From Chrysomallon squamiferum (lineage: Eukaryota; Animalia; Mollusca): 64,000 nt of DNA. Shown piece after piece: positions 26,429 through 39,641 of this stretch. The translations under genes and the position numbers were made by a program. The notes under the pieces are model-generated. The model had not been told where the DNA came from. It searched no databases and worked only from the letters and a program-made list of their open reading frames with translations. The stretch's first letter is position 1, and every line of letters begins with the position of its first letter. The DNA is taken from assembly GCA_012295275.1 (NCBI GenBank), contig CM022665.1:45446001-45510000 (forward strand). Reading direction: 5' to 3'.

Positions 26429-27626
26429 TAAAGAAGAATAAACAAAACAATCGGTTCGCGAATACTGTTATTAACAGGACGCTCACATGCAGATCAGATC
26501 CTTGCATGTCGAAATGTACCATACATATTACAATAATCAGGAGATTGGTATTTACCACAGATAGAACGTGAACACGGTAATAAAACTGTCATCTTAATAA
26601 ATATAGATGATACTCAACTGTGTCCAAAGTACTGCGTGCACCTGCGTCACTCTCACATCTAATTTATCATGTTTTAAGTACTTTTTTTTTTTTTTTTTAT
26701 CGATCTCGTATTTACTACTAATATTTATTGTAAGTGGTAAGCAGCAACTGCTGCGTAAAAAAAACCTATACATCTTAATGGAGTTCGTTGTCTTCACATA
26801 CGAGTACATTTTGTAGAATGGATCTTCTACAAACAGTAAAAAGAATGACTGATCCATAATTTGGGGGAATTTGTGTTTGTTTTTGACGTCACGTTTAGGC
26901 TTCCATTTTTGTTATTTAAAGGGGTCCGGAATGTATTTTCTTCATTTTAAAGGAAGATGCACTGAAATGGTCGTTTGATTTAAAAAAAAAAAAAAAAAAA
27001 AATGGGGGGGGACTTAATTTTTTTTTTTTATTATTTTTATAAAGAATGGATATTCCATATAAATCAAAAGAATCATGGCAATCAGTATTCATCAGAAGTG
27101 TAGTAGTTAAGGTCAAGGGTCAGAGGTGAAAGATTAAGTCAACCTTGTTCGAAGTACACTTGTTAACATAAACAGAAAATTAAAGTAAAGCCTATTGTCT
27201 AGTAATCATACAGTCCATGATATATTGCATTTTAACTATAAGTATATCCAGTAAGAACTCTATCAGTTAACAGTCATTTTACCAGTATTCTTAAAGGTAT
27301 ACGATCTCACCTTTCCGAAAACAAATGAATTAATATTTGTTTAAGAATTCGTCAGTAAATATTATTAAAATTATTACTTTGAGTGTCCTTTTTTTTTTTA
27401 AATTTATTTATTTATTTATTTTTTTTTAAATATTTTATTTTATTTTTTTATTTTTTTTTATTATTATTATTATTATTTTATTTTTTTTTTTTTCGTTTTT
27501 TGAAATAATATTTTTGTTTTGTGCATTTATTTCCTCCCACAGATGTGGTAGCACATACTTCAACTTTTAAGGTGTCAACAGAAAAACGAAGACTATTGAA
27601 CCTGAAGCTCATAATTTTGTTATTAT

Positions 27627-27681
<55 letters not shown>

Positions 27682-27879
27682 TTGCATATTAATCAGAAAT
27701 AAGTTATTATTTATAGTTATTTATAATTAATTTTTATTACACATACGCATTAATTAATTAATTTATTTATTATTAATTTTTATTATTTACTTATTACTTT
27801 AAAAAAAAATATATGTACCGTATACAAAATAGATTTTTTTTGTAGCGTATCTTTAATAAAAATAAAATATCAAGGACTT

Positions 27880-27925
27880 CGTGAGCTATAAAACAATATA
27901 CCAGAAGTACTTTATATAAAATACA
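27880..27925 (+). promoter_or_regulatory. Candidate TATA boxes of the protease-homolog gene
   Basis: TATAAAA at ~27887 and TATATAAAA at ~27913, about 75-105 bp upstream of the ATG; GATA site GATAAG at ~27969. Confidence 0.45.
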
Positions 27926-27992
27926 CCCATCTCATATTCGAAAAACACATCTAACGGTACAGTCTTCGGATAAGCAAGAATCAGATGTAATT

Positions 27993-28154
27993 ATGAATTT
28001 CTACAAAGTGATAATTTTATTTGCATTTGCTGGTAAGCTTTTGTTTGATAAATGCAGTATAAGGCCTAATTTTTCAAATGACTATTCTAAAGAAATAGCT
28101 ATAAAACAAATGTTAGTTTTATAAATGTTTTCATTTATAAATTAGTGATAGTGA

Positions 28155-28245
<91 letters not shown>

Positions 28246-28555
28246 TACTAAAAGGAAGTGTTTCCATGGCACCCAGCCAGCACATCATGCATGGTCTTGA
28301 CGCTAACATAACGGAGTTCCCACATCAGTGTGCTTTACGCTTTTCCGGAAGTCTCTCGTGCGGCTGCGTTATAATCAGCCAAAAGAAAGTAATCACCGGT
28401 GCTCACTGTGTTCATGGTCGAACGTACGTATACGGATGTTTACTTTCTTATTAAAATTAAATAAAATGCTAAATGATATAATTATCTAATTATTTGTGAT
28501 TAGCTGCTGTCTCAAGAAATGTACGTTAAGTTTTAATTAATTAATTAATTAATTA

Positions 28556-28610
<55 letters not shown>

Positions 28611-29055
28611 TGGTTTTAGAATCGTTCATCGAAAATGGATATAAAGATATTTCCATTGCGATATAATATAAAAGTCAGTAAACGTTGTCATTTATACACG
28701 TTTTTACAACTATATCGATTTTTCTATTTTTATATGTCAATAATGCAGCATTAATTAATTTTATTTTGAGAATCAAAAGAACCTGGAACAAATGAGAGAG
28801 AATGGCTTAAATAATACATCATTATTTCATTATTATTAAAATATGCTTTAAAAAAGTAGTGTAATTATTTTTGAATGTAATTTACATGAAATTTTCTTTA
28901 ATAATAATAATTATACTACTACTACTACTACTAATAATAATAATTATTATTATTATTTTTATTATTATTCTAATGGCAACTGTTCATAAAGCCAATATAA
29001 TTAACAAATAAATTCATTTAATATTGATCATCTGACCAAAAAAAAAAAAAAAAAA

Positions 29056-29097
<42 letters not shown>

Positions 29098-30735
29098 TTT
29101 AAAGATCGTGAGTAGAAATATTGGACTAAACTGCATATTTAAATTAGTGCCTCGTACATATTTCAGAGAAGCAAAATTGAAAACATCCAGTTTTGTCCTT
29201 GTGTGCAGTTTTACGACGTTGTTTTCTTAACATCCTCGGTCATTTTTCTTTTTAAACTTGTTTTTGATGAGCCATTGCGTTTATAATATTCATTTAGTTT
29301 ATGAATACGACGCAGAATTATAATTAAATACACCGTACGCATGTTGATAATATAACATAAAAATTATATTCAGTAGGCACTATTTTATGTACATGTTAAA
29401 TCAAATTGAAAAAAAAAAAAAAAAAAAAAAAAAGGCCTTTGAAAAGAGCTCGCTTTTCACTGTAGTTCATTAAGCGCAAGGATAAAATTTTAGTCTTACA
29501 TAAATAAACGTTTTTCATTGGTTTAATATCCAGGACCGATCACCTGACAATCTACTACGGCTCCACCAATAAGAATTCAGATGGCACCGAATTATCAGTT
29601 CTCAGCTACAGAGAGGTAAGATGCGGTAAAAACTTCTCTGTTACATGTACAGAAATGTAATTATGAATGTCTCATTATGACAGTAAGTAAAAAGATACCC
29701 TTTTCTCCTCTGTAGTCAAAGTTAGTTTATGAAGTCATGACAAACAGTGAGAATAATGATCATGTATGATTCTAGTACTAAAATAAGTTTTTTCTATTTA
29801 TTGTATTATTTTATTAATTTTTTATTATTTTATGTTAATTTAATTTAATTTAATTTAATTTAATTTAATTTAATTTAATTTAATTTAATTTTATTTTATT
29901 ATTATTATTTTGTGTGAAGTTAGAATAGAATAACGCCCGGATCAAACATTAATATATGCTCCCAAACGGACATATATAACTTTTGCATTTATTTATATAT
30001 TTGCACCAACTTAAAAAAAAAAAAAAAAAAATTTTAAAAATCTTTTCAAAAGCATCCTGGTTTCTTGGGGAACAGCGAACCAGACAACCCTGACGGCCGC
30101 CTTGCCAACGACATTGCCGTTGTGACAGTTGACGGGATGATTGAGTTCAGTGAAAAGGCGAACATAATACCGCTGGCATCTCCGGTAGATGGCGACTTCA
30201 CGGGAATCACGTGCAATATCTCCGGCTGGGGAAGAACAGATCGTAAATATTTTTATTTTTTTTATTTTTTTTATTTTTTTAACGGATTTGTATGAAACGA
30301 ATCGTCAGTAGTTATACAGACATTACGTGCACAAATATAGTTGTGTTTACATTATTTTTTCAAGGGGTATAATCTGCAGATACAAGCACACATACGCGCC
30401 CTTCACGCACAAATTGATGTAGAAATGCACACAAAACCTCCACGTTGCAGCTAATAGTCAGTTTCACGTTCTAGCTTACAAAGTTAATGGTATGTGTTTT
30501 TGAGTTTATTGTCAAGATCAAAATAAATAAATAAAAAATAAATATCCATTGCTGCTTAATCATTAAGAATAATTCATATACCAGCAGTATTTCCGATTTT
30601 CCTTTTCGAATTAATCATCTAATAATCATCATAAACAGGGAAAATATTTTAAATATTCATTAATTTTTAAATTCATTTTTTATATTTTATTTTTATTATT
30701 ATTATTTTTTTTTATGTATATAACGCTCACACAAA

Positions 30736-30766
<31 letters not shown>

Positions 30767-31792
30767 CAACTAATTTTGATAGAAATTATAAGAGTAAACT
30801 ATGTGAACGTTTAGATAAAAACATTAGATAAAATATTAATCATCCAAGCGTATTTCACAGTACAACACGGTTAAATTGTAGTTGTCTCTTCTCCGCCTGT
30901 GAATCTGAAAAGAGCGGAAATGACGGTGTTATCACCCAGCGACTGCGAGACTCGATTTGAAAACACGACAACGAAAGTTGGCGCCAATCCGCACGTGTGT
31001 GTCTTCTCGCCTGATCACGGAGCCTGCAATGTAAGTCAGCCGCCATGTTTTGTTAAACGTTCTCAGTGTTCGTTTTAAATACCGAAACAGTTAACTTAAA
31101 TATTAAATATTTAAAGGAAAATGTTTCCGACAAGACCTATCAATTTACTCCAGTATAAAAATATTTCAAGCAGCAGATCCTGAGATCAGTTTGATTTAAA
31201 CAGGTCTACGCTCTGCTATCAAAGCAATGTCGTTTATAATTATTTTATATTAAAACATTTTTATTTTTTTATTTTTATTTAATGTTATTTAAAACCATGA
31301 ATTTCTTTGTAATAAGTAAATAAATAAATCGGGGTATTTTCTACACCGTGAAATAACATCATTGTTCTATCTTTAACAAAGTCTGCGGATCTTGACAGGT
31401 AAGTTAATCAGTATTACCAGTTGAGGCAAAATTTATTGTCCATAAGGTGATTAATCTTTGTCTTTGAACCTGTTACTATCAACGACTCACGGATAACCAG
31501 TCTGGAACTGGGCAAACAAAGTTTTAGAAGCCGCTGAATCTAAAGGAATATATTTACGAACGCTTAACGTGAAAAAAAAAAAAAAAAAAAAGAAGAAGAA
31601 GAAAAAAAACAGAATCTTATATCGGTATCCGGAATACTACAACGAGAACGTATGTGTGTAAAGAGTAAAGAATGATAAAGATGACTGAGAAGTAATAAGA
31701 CTGATAGAACAAAAAAAAAAAAGAAGAGAAATAGTGAAATATTTTATGTAATTTTTGCCTTAGAAATTAATGAATTTTTGCTATATACAAGA

Positions 31793-31866
<74 letters not shown>

Positions 31867-32087
31867 GAAGAAGTCATTAGCTCTGTCACTGTCTTTTTTT
31901 TTTAACTTTTCAGGGCGATGATGGCGGACCTCTAACGTGCTTCTCCAGCAGACTCAACGCCAACGTTTTGGTTGGGGTGGCGTCGTGGTGGTCAGTCCTC
32001 TTCAACGCTTGTGACTACTCCTTTCCTAGCGTCTACACCCGGATCAGCACCTACCGAGACTGGATCGAAAACCCGCCGTCTCGTTAA
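27993..32087 (+). CDS. Secreted chymotrypsin/trypsin-fold (S1A) serine protease homolog, catalytic Ser->Asp, ~267 aa
   Basis: Exons 27993-28032 (signal peptide MNFYKVIILFAFA), 28255-28423 (IMHG..FPHQCAL..SCGCVII..TGAHC), 29534-29615, 30053-30242 (NDIA..CNISGWG), 30882-31030 (..HVCV..GACN), 31914-32087 (GDDGGPLTC..LVGVASW..PSVYTRIS..WI). All phases are consistent, total 804 nt. Confidence 0.93.
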
Positions 32088-32948
32088 GAAAACAAGGAGA
32101 ACAGTTTGACGAGGAAAGAATTTAATATTAAAAATATCGTACTTAAAGTATTTAAAACAGATTTTCTAACCATTGTTGTTGTTGTTGTAATGGCTAATTT
32201 CCTTATTACTTTAAAAACAAAAAAACAAAAAAATGTTTGGCTTTCACAAGATGTGTTCATGCACGCCTGACATGATCACAGATCTTTGATTTACACGGGG
32301 CGATCTTTGTTTATTGGTTACAGTCATTGAACAATTATTAATTAGGTTTCGACCTTGGCATCCACAGTTCAAAAAAAAAAAATTAAAAAAAAAAAAGAAA
32401 AGAAAAGTGGTAATAAAAAAGTCAGAAACTGATATAGTCTGTCTATTTATTTCAATGTTTTATTTTGTAATATTGATTCCTTCGACTGAAAATGCAAAGG
32501 TTTATTTTCAGGAGATGTATTTAGGTTTGTAACATAAGCTTGTTCGCTGCAAGCTGAAACTCCAGTGAAGTATTTTTGAAACAGTAGGTTGCTGGATAAT
32601 CTTACTTTAGCATTTAACAGGATACCTAGCATCGTTAAATAGTTAATACAGAGAAGAAAAACATTCACCAGAATGACAAAGACTTTTAATGACACGAAAG
32701 AAAAGTACATAAATAAATAATCGTGTAACTCTTGATAAAGTCTGGTTTGTGTCTTTACGTATCCCGTTGTTCTGGGATATTATTGGTGTTCTCGAATTAG
32801 ATATTCTTCTTCGGCACATACAGCCTTTCAGATTAGCATAACATGCAGTTTTGTACTGAATAACTGGTGCATTAATTGTAACTCTGGGAAATTCAGTTAA
32901 CATTTTATAACATATTTCTAATTAAAAAAAAAAAAAAAAAAAAATAAA

Positions 32949-32979
<31 letters not shown>

Positions 32980-33349
32980 TAATAACAATAATAATAATAA
33001 TAATAATAACTGAAATAAAAAAGTTATCGAAAATACTTATTGATATACGAATTAATGGTTTTTTTTTTTTTTTTTTTTTTTTTTTTCATTTTTTACAGAT
33101 ATAAATACTGTTTACTTACAAAAGTTTGTAATGATTATCACAGTGTACAGGTCTGTGTGTGTGGCATCAGCCTTAGAATCAGTCTCTCGCCATCTATTTC
33201 CCGTTCTAACGATGCTTATTAACAACGTCTCTTGCCGTTAAAGACAAAAACTGAGCAGGTTTCCTCACAAAATTGTATAAAGTTTTCTGACATATACGTA
33301 GCTGAAGTCACAAAAACAACCACTGTCAACTAATAGTTTAATTCTGTGC

Positions 33350-33766
33350 AAATAAATAAATAAATAAAGATAAATAGATAGATACATAGATAGATAGGAA
33401 GATAGGTAGATAGAAATATAGACACATAGATATACAGATAGATACATAGACAGATTGATAGAAATATAGGTAGACAGACAGACAGACAGATAGACAAATA
33501 GGTAGATAGATAGAAATATAGATAGATACAGATAGCTAGACAGATAGATAGATAGACAGATAGGTAGATAGAAAGACAGATAGGTAGATAGAAAGACAGA
33601 TAGATAGAAAGACAGATAGATAGAAAGATAGATAGGCAGATAGAAAGATAGACAGAGAGATAGATAAGTAGATAGGATAGATAGAAAGATAGAAAGATAG
33701 ACAGACAGATAGATAGATAGACAGATAGATAGAAATATAGATAGACAGACGGACAGATAGATAGAC
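33350..33766. repeat. (AGAT/AGAC)n compound microsatellite immediately 3' of the pseudo-DUSP stop codon
   Basis: Direct reading. Confidence 0.92.
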
Positions 33767-33786
33767 AATCAAACAAAACAAACACA

Positions 33787-35243
33787 CTAATTATCGGGCG
33801 CCTGCACAGTTCTAGACCACGCCTGTCTGACAGCTGGTTTCAGCAGATATTTCTCGACGTCGTGTTTTTCCGCGGAAACGCCGCCCGCCCACTCTTCCGC
33901 TAACTTGCTCTCCAGATTTTTCAGAGCTTTCAGAAAACCCGGATTCAGACACACCGACGGCCTGCGCGACACTACCAGCCCGTACGCCGCCGACATCGTC
34001 ATCCGGAAGTGACGCATCAGATACTGGACGACGACGGCCGCCGCCCTCGAGTTGCCGTGGTAGCTGTACACCAGGACGGACTTGTCGGAAGCGCGCGCGC
34101 CTTCGATGAACTTGTTCGCGTCTCTGAAGTGCTCCTCGATGTTCTCCCACTCGATGTCCTCGATGTTGATGTTCAGCCGCGACCTGAAGTGGTTCTGCTT
34201 GCTGCACATGCACTGATAGCACACCTGGTTCTGGTGCGGCGTTCCCAGCGACGTGCTCGAGATGTCGATGAGCAGATCGATCCCGAGCTTGCACAGAAGC
34301 CGACCATTGCATGCCGTCTTGGCGTTGCTCAGACTGAGGAACTCGAGAACCTTGGATAAGTCGCAGTCCTCTTGAGCGCTGTGTCGAATGAACCTGGGGC
34401 TGCAGGATCGTGTCTTGCCGATCGGCTTCTTCTCCACGATTTTGTTTCCGACGTCCAGGAGCGCCGGCGTTGATTCAGCCACCTGTAACGTGGTCAGGTG
34501 GTTCTTGTCGTGTTGAAACCACTTGCAAGACGATTCGCTTGGTTTAAACGTCTCCGTGCTTTTAAACTGGAGCAAAACCTGGCCGCAAGAAGTCTGCGAG
34601 GGTTTCTGTCCCAAAAATGTCAAACTCGAGCCTGTGGTTTTATTTTTATGCTTACCTGTCTCGTCGTCGTACGCTTCGAGAATTAAATTGTTTTCTAAAT
34701 CTGTAGTTATTACGCGGTGCGGTTTTTCGGGAGTCCAGTAACGGTTTTTTGGCAGTGATGTGTCGGAGTATATACCTTCAGGCTGACTGCAGGGACCATC
34801 TGCACTGTCTGATATAACACTGCTTTTAGAACCCAGCCTCTCCGTGCAGTCAGCTTCACAGGTTTCAATCTCGCGTTCTTTCGTCTCTTCCCCGGTAAGC
34901 TGTTTGCTCTCGGGGCTTTCCGAAACTGTTAAAACGTTATCACTGGAGTTCCATTTCGTAAACAGCTTGTGAAAGTTCTCGGAACGTTTCGCTACGAACT
35001 TTGAGAGTCTGTCGAAACTGATCTGCTTGTATAAATGTCCTTTAGGATTCCTCGCTTTCGTCTTGGATGGAATTTCGCCGTCCCCGGCCCGTCCCACATC
35101 AAACATGTCCATTTGACTCCTCCTGTGTAGAGAGGTAGCAATCGGGTCACAACTGCGCTGGCTGTTAATGTGAAATGACTGGGATCTGTCGAACATCTTC
35201 TTCTTGTGAGTGGTCACTGGTGGTCCTCTGGTTTTCTGAGCAC
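33787..35243 (-). CDS. Pseudo-DUSP terminal exon containing DSP-like domain
   Basis: 489-aa ORF; DSP motifs at ~33910-34365. Confidence 0.93.
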
Positions 35244-36348
35244 CTGTTAGATACATAAAATAACCAAAATTACTACTACTAAAGTTGTATTGCTACTACA
35301 CTACTGCTACACTATTAGTGCTATTACTACTGCTACCTTTTGTTTTTACTTTTGCCACCATTAGTGCTACTGATACTACTATTAATACTACTGTTACTGC
35401 TATTACTACTTCTAATTCTATAGCTATTACTGTGAGTGTTATTACTGTTGCTACTACTACTATTACTAAAACAACAACTACTACTACAACAACTACTACT
35501 ACTACTACTCATACTACTACTACTATTACTACTCCTACTACTACTACAACTACTTCTACTACTAGTACTGATACTACTACTACTACTATTACTACTACTG
35601 CTCCTACTACTACTACTATTACTACTACTAAAAGATGATAACGATTCTGACGATGACCATGATAATAAAAACAGTAAGAAAAACAAAGGACAAAAAGCCG
35701 AATAACAGACCAACAGTACTGTCACTGCTGTTCTTATCTCACAAATAAAACCCATCACTCTGGATCTTGCTGAAAACAATAACAAAGATGATAACGATTC
35801 TGACGATGATCATGATAATAAAAACACTAAGAAAAACCAAAAGACCAAAAAGCAGAATAACAGACCAACAATACTGTTCACTGCTGTTCTTATTTCACAA
35901 ATAAAAACCCATCACTCTGGAGATCTTGCTGAAAACAATAACAAACTCTACCTACATCAACCTTGGCGTATTTCACTTGGCGTATGATGCCGGTCAAAGA
36001 TAATTGCACAGCGGACCTGTGCAGCTAATTGATAACAAACAAAATCAGCCAGTTTAGAGACTAGCGGGAAAACTAACAAATTCTAAGAAGGGAGTATTGA
36101 TTGCACGTTGTCAAGAAGTTTGGTGATGTTAATCACTGGAATGATCAATTACATTTAATAAAAAAATGTGCAAGTGTGTTGTTTTTTTTTTTTTTTTTTT
36201 GACAGAAAATTAAACATGGTGATAAATTATTATTATTTTTTTTAAGTTTAGTTTTTTGATTAATATGATATGCATATGCACATAGGTCAGATTATGGATT
36301 TTCGATAGGTGATAAACCGTTATTGCTCTATATAGAAAGGAAAGAAGA

Positions 36349-36402
<54 letters not shown>

Positions 36403-36424
36403 GTGAAATAAAGTATGAGAAAAA

Positions 36425-36460
<36 letters not shown>

Positions 36461-37696
36461 AGATTTTGAGTTACTTAATTAAAATATACCTGCTTCCAAT
36501 ATTTGTTCCATTTTCTCACAAATTATGTTTGACTGACTGTTCCACGATCTGTCGCGAGAATATTTCTGCACCGAACACTCCATTTTGTCGTATTCGTGGC
36601 GATCAGCATGGGGATGCGGTTTAGAATGTTCTGTAGAGTCTTCACATCGTCCATTTGTGGTTTTACCGTCGTCGAAACATTCACTAGACATGTAAAATGA
36701 ACTGCCAATGATTTTTTTGGACAGTCTCTCCAGCTTCTTCTTTTCTTTCCTTCTGATGGTGCCTGAAACTTCGTCGGGGTCGCTAGGCAACTCGTACTGT
36801 TTTTGTTTAATGGAGTATCGAATAGTTGTTCGAAATTTGTCCCTTGCACAATCATCGTCATCGTCGTCATCGTCATCATCATCGTCATCACCGTCATCAT
36901 AATCATCATCGGTGACTCTTTCACCATCAGCAGCAAAAGCTTCGTTACCACCGTTAGTCCGAACGTCTTGCCTGTTATCGTCTGCGGTGATTTCGCTGAG
37001 AACGGTGACTTCATAATCCTGAAGACCATCGGCCATGTTACCACCATCGCCCGATTTGAACTCGTCTTCGTTTTCGCTTTTGCATTTTTCTTTTCTCGCG
37101 TGATCTCCCGAACTCAGACTGTCTTTGCTGGCACGTGACGATGACCGCCGCGTAACGTGCAGCCTCAAAACCATGGCGCGAAATTTCCCTGCTTGCTTGC
37201 CGACGTAACGACCGAACGCGTTCCCCCCACCGCCCGTCCTCCGTTCTTTTGCAGCAGACGACGAAAGACTTTCACTGACGGCTGCGGAGGAACAGTCTTT
37301 AGATTCAGAGTGGGTAGTTTCAGAGTTAGGTGTTTTCTTTTTCAAATCAACGAGAGAGGAATGAGTTTGTTTTGTACACGTAATATCGTCGTCTGAACTG
37401 TGTTTGGACTTTCTCGAAGCATCAATGGAACTGTAACGTCGGCGGTCTGTTTGTACGGTGTCCGTACACTGCGGCACTGTCTTGTAATCCAAACTAACCT
37501 GCTGGCCAGAATCTGCAATAAAAATGAATTGTTTGAGTGAAACGCCACGCTGCACTGTCTACTTTTAATTGAGGAACAACAACAACAACAACAGCAACAG
37601 CAACAATGTGGAGAAATTTCTTTTAATTTCGTGGTGTCATTTTGTATACAGAATGCAAAAACAAACACACACTCACACAAAACACACACACACACA

Positions 37697-37753
<57 letters not shown>

Positions 37754-37944
37754 TAAAAAATAAATAAATAAATAAATAAAATAAAATAAAATAAAATAAA
37801 ATAAAATAAAATAAAATAAAAATTATAAATAATAAAAATAATAATTTTACAAACAGGATAATCGATAAGGGCAACAGTTTCAGGGATTTTTTTTTCTTTC
37901 TAATTTTTTTTTCTTTCTTTTCTTCTTCTCATTATTTATTTATT

Positions 37945-38013
<69 letters not shown>

Positions 38014-38818
38014 GAATGATATGACTGTAGAGTTACCTTTTCTATCAAAGTACCAGAATATTTAGTTGTTCTTTAGTACGTCATATCAGGAAAAAGAACT
38101 AAGTTAAAAACTGGCTGATACCACATAACGCCATGCTGTTATTTTTGTTTGTTGTTGTTTTGCTTTACCATATTATACCGAATCCTTATTTTATTAATGC
38201 CACAATTTTAATTCTAGGCAATTATTTGTGAGTATTAAAATAAAGACAAAAGTTAAAAAATTATAAAAGAACAACAACAAACAAGAGAACAAACAGACAA
38301 ACAAATATATAAATAATAATTTTGAATACATAAATTATTAAAATATTAATAAAATAATACAAACTACAGGTTTTTTGTTTTTCTCACATTTAATAAACAA
38401 CAAATACAAATGCATACACAAGAAAATAAACAATTAAACAAAATCAGACACTGAATATTTTTCTAAATTTTATTTGGTTTTTAATTATTCGAATATATTA
38501 ACACTAAGACACATGGTAATCTATATCTAGACGAAAATAATAACAGTTCGGCTGTTTTCGTCGTTATCCAGAAATCAACTTCCGGTTACAAGTAACTCCA
38601 TTTTGTTTTTCACAGCGTTTTGTACTAAAATCACGTGACAGCTTTTAGTATAAGACATACATGTATGAGTAATATTTATATATCTTCTCTTTCCTTTGAT
38701 GTTTTCCCCTTATCATTTCTTCTCGTCTGTTTTTGTTTTTCGTCTCTTTTCTTTCTTTCTTCATTTTGGAATAAAAATATTTTTTTCAAATGTCAATAAA
38801 TTTTTGTTTTGTTTTACA

Positions 38819-38879
<61 letters not shown>

Positions 38880-39250
38880 CCCCCTAAAAAAACAAAAAAC
38901 AAATACAAACAACCAGCAACCCCATGACAATAGCAATAACAACAGTAATTATGTCAAACTAAAAATAACTATAATAAAGATATTTTTTGTAAATTAAACA
39001 TTTCATCGGGGTGTCGAGTCTTCATTTCTTTCTTCGTTTTTCTTCGCTTTCAAAACCATTAACTTTTAGGCTGGAGCTTCGTAAGGCTTGTTACTGTTAC
39101 AAGAATACATATCGTAATGGCTAGTAAATAACTACATGGGGTTAACTACAGCTATTATTACTACTATATACCCCAGCAACTGCTACTTACTCTGTTGATG
39201 CTGTTTGAACAAATAATGATACATGTGAAACTATTAATACTACTAGTATA

Positions 39251-39282
<32 letters not shown>

Positions 39283-39319
39283 AATAAATAAATAAATAAT
39301 AATAATAAAAATAATAAAT

Positions 39320-39385
<66 letters not shown>

Positions 39386-39587
39386 GTTAAGAAAAATGAA
39401 GAAAAAAAAACAATACAAAAACAAATCAAAGCAGTCAAAATAGCAAAGTTAAAAGTTTCAAACTAAATAGGCTATATTATCACAAAATCTTTATATATCT
39501 GTTTTCATACAATATTATGATTACGACAATTCTGATAATAACGAATACTGATAATAAAACGGTGAACATACATTAAACCAGTCCCAA

Positions 39588-39641
<54 letters not shown>

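Noticed and set aside
30861-30881. Alternative upstream acceptor (tttcacag) for protease exon 5
   Set aside because: It introduces an in-frame TAA; the acceptor at 30881 gives an open frame.
33812-34741. Overlapping/antisense ORFs within the pseudo-DUSP exon (also 39874-40698, 50974-51674, 4760-5049)
   Set aside because: Shadow ORFs expected from GC-rich coding sequence; no recognisable motifs.
39000-39125. Possible extra coding exon between pseudo-DUSP exons A and B
   Set aside because: Candidate acceptors give in-frame stops in phase 1, and exons A and B already join in frame.
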